A stretch of 64,000 nucleotides of DNA, from positions 529,087 to 593,086 of the forward strand of contig NZ_CAXXWU010000003.1 of NCBI RefSeq assembly GCF_963675585.2. Direction: 5' to 3'. A program made the translations under genes and the position numbers. A model generated the notes under the pieces. It ran no database searches, was not told the origin of the DNA, and saw nothing but the letters and a program-made list of their open reading frames with translations. This stretch comes from an uncultured Draconibacterium sp. (lineage in GTDB: Bacteria; Bacteroidota; Bacteroidia; Bacteroidales; Prolixibacteraceae). How positions within the stretch are numbered: position 1 is the stretch's first letter; every line of letters begins with the position of its first letter. Shown piece by piece: positions 56,568 to 64,000 of this stretch.

Positions 56568-56651
56568 AAAAACACAGGCAATTGTTACCGAAAATAAGAT
56601 GTTTAAAAGTATTGTTTAAATGAAAAAACTTAATATCGGAGGAGATAAAAA

Positions 56652-57560
56652 TTAGCTGTTTTGTGGCGTGTTTTTCATAAAATTCAGCACGTCGGTTTTT
56701 GTAAATGCTGAAGTTGCACCTCGTTTTGTTGTGTTTAATGCTCCGGCTGCATTTCCAAATTTTAAGGCCTCGGCAATACTTTTACCATTTAAGAAGTAAT
56801 GCAAGAAACCAGCCGAAAAAGCCATGCCCGAACCAACATTATCAAGCATTTTAATTTTATAACCGGGTTCTTTAAATAATCCTTCACTTTTGTGATAAGC
56901 TAAAATTCCTTTTTCGCCAAGGGTGATAATTACCAAATCGAGTTTGTATTTTTTAGCCATCGCTTTGGCAAAACTTTCCAGATCAGTCAACTTAATCTGA
57001 AGCTTTTCAGCCAAAAAAGTTACCTCTTTTTCTTTGATACGAACAATGTGCGAATCACGTAATAAGCGCTCAACCACTTTTTTATTAAAGAAATGTTCGA
57101 ATAATTTTAAATCGAAAAAATGCAACGAATCAGGCGATTCCTTTATTAATTCGCGTAAGGTATTTTTTGAAATTCCGAAACGTTGTGGAAGAAGACCATA
57201 AAACAAACAATCGGTTTCGCGAACCAATTTTAAAGCTTCGGCAGAAAATTCAATATGATCAAACGCAACATCAGGAGCTACTTTGTATTTTGATTCGCTG
57301 TTGTTATCGAACGAAACTTCAACGGTACCGGTTTTAAACTCAGCATCAACCTGTACATTTTGATCCGAGATACCCAGTTCATTCAATTTTTTTAATGCAG
57401 CATGACCTAATTCATCATCGCCCAGACGCGACAATAAAAAGCCAACTTCACCAAGTGAGTTGCAGCGAAACACAAGATTAGACGGAGTACCACCAAGCAC
57501 TTTCCCATTGGGTAAAATATCCCAAACGACCTCTCCAAATGCTACAATTTTTTTACTCAT
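56652..57560 (-). CDS. PfkB-family carbohydrate kinase (fructokinase/ribokinase-like)
   Basis: It has 302 aa, an N-terminal GE.V.D...........GG...N motif (FGEVVWDILPNGKVLGGTPSNL), and a C-terminal NVGSGMAFSAGF...GNAAGALNTTKRGA motif. The latter resembles a degenerate form of the PfkB 'DTxGAGD' signature. Confidence 0.75.
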   Translation of the reverse strand: MSKKIVAFGEVVWDILPNGKVLGGTPSNLVFRCNSLGEVGFLLSRLGDDELGHAALKKLNELGISDQNVQVDAEFKTGTVEVSFDNNSESKYKVAPDVAFDHIEFSAEALKLVRETDCLFYGLLPQRFGISKNTLRELIKESPDSLHFFDLKLFEHFFNKKVVERLLRDSHIVRIKEKEVTFLAEKLQIKLTDLESFAKAMAKKYKLDLVIITLGEKGILAYHKSEGLFKEPGYKIKMLDNVGSGMAFSAGFLHYFLNGKSIAEALKFGNAAGALNTTKRGATSAFTKTDVLNFMKNTPQNS

Positions 57561-57744
57561 ATTCTAATTTTCAAATGCGAAAATAACTATTAATAAAAAG
57601 CAATCAAATTTCATTTTAACATAAGTTATTAAAAACAAGCATATTTATGATAACTAGCTGATAATGAGGAAATATTTTTTTATGCCAATTTAATTTTTGA
57701 ATACAAAAAACATTCTAACCACTTTCTCGTTTTGTATATAAAGC

Positions 57745-58389
57745 ATGAATTATTTAGCACATATTTATTTATCGGGTAAATCGGAAAAGTTAATTATTGG
57801 TAATTTTATTGGCGACTACGTAAAGGGGAAACGCTACCTGGATTACCCGGAAGAAATTTCGAAAGGTATTTTATTGCACCGGCAAATCGACACATTTACC
57901 GACAAGCACTGGTGCACCAAAGAAGCAAAAGCCTTATTTCGTGACGAATTTGGCTTGTATTCAGGAATAGTCGTCGATTTTTTTTACGACCATTTTCTGG
58001 CAAAAAACTGGTCCGATTACTCATCTGTCACACTTCGAACTTTTGCCAAACGAATACACGCAATTTTATTATCGAATTTTACCATTTTACCGTTGCGGGT
58101 TCAAGGATTCCTACCTTTTCTTATTCAAAATAAACGGCTTGAATCTTATGCTACAACCGATGGGATTGTACAATCGCTCAAAATAATGGGAAACTATTCT
58201 ACCCTGCCCTCCAAGTCAGCAGAAGCCAAAATTATTTTGGAAAATAATTATCAACTGCTGAATAATTACTTTGAAGAATTTATGAAAGATATGATCGAAT
58301 TTGTTCGTTCGGAATATGAAATAAATTTTATTCTCCCTGTTGAAAACAACAATAATTCAGGCCACAGTTCTACGCCAAAAGTTCCATAA
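57745..58389 (+). CDS. acpH: acyl carrier protein phosphodiesterase
   Basis: The AcpH-typical N-terminus is MNYLAHIYLSG......GNFIGDYVKG and LHRQIDTFTD. The protein is 214 aa. Confidence 0.8.
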   Translation: MNYLAHIYLSGKSEKLIIGNFIGDYVKGKRYLDYPEEISKGILLHRQIDTFTDKHWCTKEAKALFRDEFGLYSGIVVDFFYDHFLAKNWSDYSSVTLRTFAKRIHAILLSNFTILPLRVQGFLPFLIQNKRLESYATTDGIVQSLKIMGNYSTLPSKSAEAKIILENNYQLLNNYFEEFMKDMIEFVRSEYEINFILPVENNNNSGHSSTPKVP

Positions 58390-59665
58390 ACGCATCTTCG
58401 AAAAAGAAACTGTTTTCGCCAAAAGCAGGCTCCAGATCATCGAGCCAAATGGCATCAGGATTAAATTTTGCAAAAAAAGGTTTACCAACCCAAGACGGAT
58501 CTCTGCCTTGTAAAAAATTCAGTACAAATACTTTTTTCCCATTTATTTCGCTCACTCCGTTTATTTGTACTTTGCCAGGGTTACATGACATGCTTGGTCC
58601 TTTTACCGTTCGGCAAATGCCACTCACCTGATTATAGGCATTTCTGTAAATTTGCCAGGCGCGGTTTAACGACACTGCAAAATAATCCTGCGCTCCGGTA
58701 TTGCGGGCAATAAACATGTAATATGGAATTATCCCCATGGCAACCTGTTCTTTCCAGTTTTCAGCCCAAATTTCCGCTTTGTCGTTAATGTTTCGTAACA
58801 AAGGAGATTGAGAACGAATTTGAACACCGGCAGCAATTAAACGTTTTACAGCCAATTTTACTGCTTCGGTTTTTAGTTCTCCCGGATGATTAAAATGCGC
58901 CATCAGGGCAACATTTATTCCTCTTTCTTTCACACGTTTAAACAAACGCAATAAATCATCAGCATCAGCATCGGTGGTGAATCGGTATGGCCAGTAGCCC
59001 AGCGATTTGGTTCCAATCCGAATGTTTTTAAGGTTCGGAATATCAGCGTCCAACAAGGCATTAAAATAGGCCTCGAAAAAACGGGTTTGCATAACTGCCG
59101 GATCGCCACCGGTGAATAATACGTCGGTGATGTGCGGATTCGACTTTAAATACTCAACCATTGTATCTGCCTCTTTCATGGCAAATTTAAAATCGTTTAG
59201 TGCAAACTGAGGCCACCTGAAACAAAATGTACAATAGGCATGGCAGGTTTGCCCCTGCGTTGGAAAAAACAGCATAATCTCCCTGTACTTGTGTTGAATT
59301 CCTGTTAATCGTTTCCCTTTAAATTCAGGAACATTACTTTCCTGACCTGCAGGATTTGGATTTAATTTTAAGCGTATTTTTTTTACTTCTTCCTGGATTT
59401 CGGTGCGCGATGCATTTCCCTGCAGCAGCATTTTAACTTTATCAAAGGTAGTTTTACTGAGCATGTCGCGTTGCGGGAAATTTAATATGTAAAAAGGATC
59501 TTTTTCAAAGTTGTCCCAGTCAATTAACTCATCAACAACATAATTATTGGTTTTAAAGGGGAGAACGGTTCCTACCACCTCGATCGTAAGTTTCTGTTCT
59601 TCTGTCAAAAACTTCATTTGTGGCAGTTGCCGAAAATTATGAAGAGTATAAGCTTTATATGTCAT
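58370..59665 (-). CDS. KamA-family radical SAM protein (lysine 2,3-aminomutase-like)
   Basis: It has the CxxxCxxC cluster in QTCHAYCTFCFRW, followed by the segments VLFTGGDPAV and RIGTK. The protein is 431 aa. Its 3' end overlaps acpH by 20 nt in convergent orientation. Confidence 0.8.
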   Translation of the reverse strand: MTYKAYTLHNFRQLPQMKFLTEEQKLTIEVVGTVLPFKTNNYVVDELIDWDNFEKDPFYILNFPQRDMLSKTTFDKVKMLLQGNASRTEIQEEVKKIRLKLNPNPAGQESNVPEFKGKRLTGIQHKYREIMLFFPTQGQTCHAYCTFCFRWPQFALNDFKFAMKEADTMVEYLKSNPHITDVLFTGGDPAVMQTRFFEAYFNALLDADIPNLKNIRIGTKSLGYWPYRFTTDADADDLLRLFKRVKERGINVALMAHFNHPGELKTEAVKLAVKRLIAAGVQIRSQSPLLRNINDKAEIWAENWKEQVAMGIIPYYMFIARNTGAQDYFAVSLNRAWQIYRNAYNQVSGICRTVKGPSMSCNPGKVQINGVSEINGKKVFVLNFLQGRDPSWVGKPFFAKFNPDAIWLDDLEPAFGENSFFFEDAFMELLA

Positions 59666-59914
59666 GGCTATAATTTTATAGAAAAAAGTACAGCCAGAAA
59701 TAAAAAAGCAGATCGAACGAGAACACCACTTAGTGCAAACGATGAAGACCTGTTCTTCTTTATAAGCTTTAAAGAACTTCTGAATAAATCTGTCTGTCTA
59801 TTTTTCCAATAATAAAAATTCTTACACCGAATTTTTATTGATTTTTAAACGTAGTACAAAGGTAAAAAAATAGAGGCAGGGAAAAAATGTTGTATAAATG
59901 CAGAATGCCCGAAT

Positions 59915-61342
59915 TTAACCGGATAACTGCTCAAGTCTGCTTGCATCGAGCCTTACAAAAATAAAAAGCAGAATTGTAAACGACCATAAAGAAGAACCAC
60001 CATAACTAAAAAATGGCAATGGAATACCAATTACAGGCATAACTCCAATGGTCATACCAATATTTACCATAAAATGGAAAAATAAAATAACAGCTACCGA
60101 GTATCCGTAAATTCGTGAAAAAGTAGACCGCTGTCTTTCGGCCAGCCACACCAAACGAATTAATAAAGTCATAAACAGAGCCAGAATAACAAAAGTTCCG
60201 GCAAATCCCCACTCTTCGCCAACCGTGCAAAATATAAAGTCGGTACTTTGTTCAGGAACAAAATCAAACTTGGTTTGTGTCCCCTGTAAATATCCTTTTC
60301 CTAAAACGCCTCCCGAACCAATTGCAATTTTACTTTGATTCACATGGTATCCGGCACCGTGCGGATTCGACTCAATACCTAACAGTTCATTAATCCTGGC
60401 CTGGTGATGCGGTTCAAGAAAATGCTCAAAACCATAATCAACTGAAATGGTAAATAATAGGGAGCCAATAAAAACGATGGCAATTTTTATGTAGTTCGAC
60501 AACTTTCTTTTCAAACTGTAAAACAAAACTACCAGAGTTGCGACTACCGCTCCAACTAAAAGAAACTGTGAAATATCGTAGTTTAGTTTAAGAAGCAAGC
60601 CCGCGAAAACAAAAATCGAAATACCGGCTGCATAAATAATAAAAACATGTGCAAACTGTTTTAATTTCGGGTTAAAGGCAAGGTACATCAATAAAACCAC
60701 CGATAACATAATAATTACAAGCGTTAAATTTGATAATACCAGCGCTAAAACAAAAAGCAATGCGATTAAGGTTCCAAAAAACAAAACAACACCAGATAGT
60801 CCTTCGCGATAAAGGACCAAAACAAAGGAGAAATAAACCAGTGCCGATCCGGTATCGTTTTGCAGCAAAATCAATATTACCGGTCCAAATATAATGGCCG
60901 CAATGGTAAGGTAAGATTTTAGCCGGTGCAATTTAAATCCGTAAGAACTCATATAACGAGCCAGCGCCAATGCTGTGGCAGCCTTTGTAAACTCCGATGG
61001 TTGGAATAAAACAGGCCCGATTTGAAACCATGACCTTGCCCCGTTTATTTCTTTTCCTATAAACGGTACCAGCAAGAGTAAAAGCATTAGTGTACCAAAA
61101 ATAAAGTAAGAAAAGAAAACATAAAAATTAACTTCCAACAACATGATGATCAATGCCAGAACAGCTGCAGCACCTATCCACATTAACTGTTTCCCGTACT
61201 GTTGCGAGATATCAAAAATGCTCTGGAATTCTTCGCTATACAAAGCGGCGTAAATATTAAACCAGCCCAGAAACAGCATCAGCACGTACAAGCCAACTGT
61301 AAACCAATCGATATTCGCTAATATGTTATTTCTTCTTGGCAT
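59915..61342 (-). CDS. rodA: rod shape-determining protein RodA (SEDS family peptidoglycan polymerase)
   Basis: It is a polytopic membrane protein with the FtsW/RodA/SpoVE signature IGSGGVLGKGYLQGTQTKFDFVPEQSTDFIFCTVGEEWGF and GIPLPFFSYGGSS. It lies immediately downstream of mrdA with no gap. Confidence 0.9.
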   Translation of the reverse strand: MPRRNNILANIDWFTVGLYVLMLFLGWFNIYAALYSEEFQSIFDISQQYGKQLMWIGAAAVLALIIMLLEVNFYVFFSYFIFGTLMLLLLLVPFIGKEINGARSWFQIGPVLFQPSEFTKAATALALARYMSSYGFKLHRLKSYLTIAAIIFGPVILILLQNDTGSALVYFSFVLVLYREGLSGVVLFFGTLIALLFVLALVLSNLTLVIIMLSVVLLMYLAFNPKLKQFAHVFIIYAAGISIFVFAGLLLKLNYDISQFLLVGAVVATLVVLFYSLKRKLSNYIKIAIVFIGSLLFTISVDYGFEHFLEPHHQARINELLGIESNPHGAGYHVNQSKIAIGSGGVLGKGYLQGTQTKFDFVPEQSTDFIFCTVGEEWGFAGTFVILALFMTLLIRLVWLAERQRSTFSRIYGYSVAVILFFHFMVNIGMTIGVMPVIGIPLPFFSYGGSSLWSFTILLFIFVRLDASRLEQLSG

Positions 61343-63151
61343 CTAGTTTAATGGATTTGAACTTAGTAAATTAACTTCCATCATTTGTTTTTCAAAGTAC
61401 AATCGGTTGGTTGAGATGGTATCGTTCAAATACTTTTCAATCAGCAAACTTGCAATTGGAGCAGCATGTGTTGCACCATATCCTCCGTTTTCAATATAAA
61501 CAAAAATGGCTATTTGAGGATTTTCCCGCGGAGCAAATGCCAAATAAGCAGAGTGATCCTCACCATGTGGATTTTGAATAGTACCGGTTTTCCCACAGTA
61601 TTCAACCCCCGGTACACTTCGTGCCAGACGTCCCTGAGCAACTTCGGCCATTCCCTCTAAAATTGGAATAAAATGTTCATCATTAACTCCAACTTCATGT
61701 TTTGTATTTATACTGCTTCTAATCGTATCGTTTTCCACTTCTTTTACAATGTGCGGTTCATAATAGAATCCACGATTGGCAAAAATGGCACCGCAGTTCA
61801 CCATCTGCAAAGGAGTAATTCCCAACTCGCCTTGTCCGATTGCCAGTGATCGTACCGTTAACGCATTCCAATGTCCTTCGCCATAAACATTGTCATAAGT
61901 CGATTGCGATGGCAAATCGCCTTTTAAGGCATTCGGAAAGTCTTCACTCAAGCTCTGCCCAATTCCAAACCGAATGGCATAATTGCGCCATACATTAAAT
62001 CCTTCGGCCGAAGTTTTGTATTTATTAATGATTGACCGAAAAGTATTCCATAAAAATGGATTACACGACTCTCTGACTGCATCAACAACGCTGGCAGGCG
62101 AAACATGGTCGTGCGTGCAACGTATTGGCGTAGAAGATTTGCCGTAACACTCAAAACGTGTTCTGGTATTTATGGTTTGTTCCTGCAAACCGATTAAAGT
62201 ATTAATAATTTTAAAGGTTGAGCCGGGGGGATATTTTGCTTGTAACGACCGGTCGAAAAGCGGTTTAATGGTATCGGCCAACAATTTTGCATAATTTTCG
62301 CCGCGTACCCTTCCCACAAGAAGTCCGGGATCGTAAGTAGGAGCGCTTACCATGGCCAGAACTTCACCGGTTGACGGTTCAATGGCAACCACTGCTCCCT
62401 TTTTATTTTGTAAAAGTTGCTCGGCATATACCTGCAAATCCAAATCGAGTGTGGACACAAGATTCTTTCCAATTACAGCCTGCTCGTCTTCTTCTCCGTC
62501 GAGGTAACTTCCCTGAATACGGTTGTGCACATCAACCATAAACTTTTTTACGCCCTTTGTTCCCCGAAGCTGGTCTTCATACGTTTTTTCAACTCCACTT
62601 TGTCCGATATAATCACCCGATTTGTAGTAATTGTCTGATTGAATATCCTGAGCAGTTACTTCGCCAACGTAACCCAAAACATGCGCTGCTACAGGATGAG
62701 TGTATTCGCGAAGTGTTCTGGTTTGAGAATGAAAGCCTTTGAATTTATACAGCTGTTCCTGCAAAATAGCAAAGTTCTCGGGCGAAATTTGTTTGATTAG
62801 AATAGACGGTTTATACCTTGAGTATTTTTTTGCCTTTTGCAAACGATCCTCCAAATCGTTTTGCTCAATGTCTAACAAACTGCAAAGTAAAGTTGTATCA
62901 AATTTTTCAACTTCGCGCGGAGTAATTAATAAATCGTAGGCTGTTTTATTGTACACCAAAAGTTTTCCGTTTCGGTCGTAAATTAAGCCACGTGCAGGAT
63001 ATTGAACAATTTGACGTAAAACGTTATTGGTTGCGTATTGCTTGTAATCGGAATCGAGCACTTGCAAACGAAACAGCAGAATGGCATAAATTAATGCCAC
63101 CACAGCAAAAACTGCGACAATTACATAACTACGTTTCGATAAATTATTCAC
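61343..63151 (-). CDS. mrdA: penicillin-binding protein 2 (class B transpeptidase)
   Basis: It has an N-terminal TM segment, the SxxK motif (PGSTFKI) and the KTG motif (CGKTGTIQ). It is 602 aa and sits in the mreC-mreD-mrdA-rodA context. Confidence 0.9.
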   Translation of the reverse strand: MNNLSKRSYVIVAVFAVVALIYAILLFRLQVLDSDYKQYATNNVLRQIVQYPARGLIYDRNGKLLVYNKTAYDLLITPREVEKFDTTLLCSLLDIEQNDLEDRLQKAKKYSRYKPSILIKQISPENFAILQEQLYKFKGFHSQTRTLREYTHPVAAHVLGYVGEVTAQDIQSDNYYKSGDYIGQSGVEKTYEDQLRGTKGVKKFMVDVHNRIQGSYLDGEEDEQAVIGKNLVSTLDLDLQVYAEQLLQNKKGAVVAIEPSTGEVLAMVSAPTYDPGLLVGRVRGENYAKLLADTIKPLFDRSLQAKYPPGSTFKIINTLIGLQEQTINTRTRFECYGKSSTPIRCTHDHVSPASVVDAVRESCNPFLWNTFRSIINKYKTSAEGFNVWRNYAIRFGIGQSLSEDFPNALKGDLPSQSTYDNVYGEGHWNALTVRSLAIGQGELGITPLQMVNCGAIFANRGFYYEPHIVKEVENDTIRSSINTKHEVGVNDEHFIPILEGMAEVAQGRLARSVPGVEYCGKTGTIQNPHGEDHSAYLAFAPRENPQIAIFVYIENGGYGATHAAPIASLLIEKYLNDTISTNRLYFEKQMMEVNLLSSNPLN

Positions 63152-63160
63152 ACTGTAAAT

Positions 63161-63664
63161 TTAATCCCGGAAAACGATAAACTGGCTTAAAACTATAACA
63201 AAAATCGAAGATATAGAACTTAACAGAATTCGATATAACGTTTCCAGAAAATTTGAGAATGTGAATACTTCAACAAAAAAGAGTACTGAATGATGGAGAA
63301 AAACCATTAAAGCTGTGTAGTAAAGAAACCAGCCAAATCCGTTTTGATGTAGCCCCGGATATTCCGACATGTCTTCTTCGCGGTTGGTGATTAAACCAAT
63401 AATAAGCGGTCGTACATAAGCAATAAAAACGGTTGCAAATGCATGGATACCCAGTGTATTAGTAAAGATATCGACACTCAATCCGATTAAAAATGCAGTA
63501 AAAAGTAATACGTACTTCGGCGCATTTACAGGCAATAACATTACAAAAAGGATGTAGATGTACGGATTTACAAATCCACTAAACTGAACCTGGTTTAAAA
63601 ACAGAACCTGCGTTAACACAAGCACTATAAACAGTATCGAATATTTAATTAGTATCCTGCCCAT
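63161..63664 (-). CDS. mreD: rod shape-determining protein MreD
   Basis: This 167-aa protein is very hydrophobic, with 5 TM segments. It sits between mreC and mrdA and overlaps mreC by 20 nt. Confidence 0.75.
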   Translation of the reverse strand: MGRILIKYSILFIVLVLTQVLFLNQVQFSGFVNPYIYILFVMLLPVNAPKYVLLFTAFLIGLSVDIFTNTLGIHAFATVFIAYVRPLIIGLITNREEDMSEYPGLHQNGFGWFLYYTALMVFLHHSVLFFVEVFTFSNFLETLYRILLSSISSIFVIVLSQFIVFRD

Positions 63665-64000
63665 CTTTTATGCTGGATTCCAGATTTTCTAACTCGTCCT
63701 TCTTCAAATTTTCAATCACCTCAACGTAACGAATCGATTTGAAATTGGTTGAAAGCCGGACTTTAATATCGTAATAATTTTCGCCTTCGGGTTGCGTAAA
63801 TTCATCAACTACCCCAATCAACAATCCTTCAGGAAAAATAGATGAATAACCGCTGGTTACAATGGTGTCGCCTACATCCAGTTTTACATGAAAAGGGATT
63901 TCAAGCAGGTCGAGCATTTGGTAATCTTCACCATTCCAGGATAAGGAACCGTAAAAACCACTTTTTTTCAGTTTTGCCGACACACTCCAACGGGGATTTA
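63645..64000 (-). CDS. mreC: rod shape-determining protein MreC, C-terminal part (5' end beyond the window)
   Basis: The frame stays open to the window edge. The C-terminal beta-barrel motifs GDTIVTSGYSSIFPEGLLIGVVDEF and YYDIKVRLSTNF are typical of MreC. Confidence 0.8.
   Translation of the reverse strand, partial: NPRWSVSAKLKKSGFYGSLSWNGEDYQMLDLLEIPFHVKLDVGDTIVTSGYSSIFPEGLLIGVVDEFTQPEGENYYDIKVRLSTNFKSIRYVEVIENLKKDELENLESSIKDGQDTN

Overview
The window looks like a Bacteroidota chromosome. Supporting evidence is the T9SS type-B sorting domain, a PorP/SprF gene, TAnnTTTG-type promoter boxes and the mreCD-mrdA-rodA gene order. A Marinilabiliales/Prolixibacteraceae-like origin is only an impression. 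About 54% of the window (3833-38407, + strand) is one uninterrupted 34,575-nt ORF encoding an 11,524-aa secreted protein. In order, it has a signal peptide and more than 30 Cys-containing HYR-type modules with about 10 interspersed 'LDASG...DNGSSDxCG' modules. It then has an estimated 55-60 Calx-beta modules, cadherin-like 'VNDxP[VI]A' modules, and a gliding-motility/T9SS type-B C-terminal sorting domain. It is followed at 11-nt and 18-nt spacings by a PorP/SprF-family gene and a TPR + TolB-like (PD40) gene. I read these three genes as a dedicated giant-adhesin/T9SS cargo module. The giant gene contains two young in-frame tandem arrays. One has 15 units of 333 bp (30344-35338) and the other about 3.7 units of 1020 bp (25261-29010). 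The 333-bp array has a mosaic higher-order structure that suggests ongoing unequal recombination. A 733-bp AT-rich non-coding leader precedes the gene and carries an 11-bp perfect inverted repeat. The flanks are ordinary housekeeping genes: an oxoprolinase fragment, a DUF819 membrane protein, an M14-like peptidase, glpF, gpsA, pgi and an EamA transporter. They also include an adaptor-permease-TolC-adaptor efflux operon without an ATPase gene, an ATP-grasp-like gene, ppk2, DUF1338, a PfkB kinase, acpH, a KamA radical-SAM gene and rodA-mrdA-mreD-mreC. I saw no rRNA, tRNA, CRISPR, transposase or integrase. All calls come from reading the ORF translations and the DNA by eye. No searches or alignments were run.
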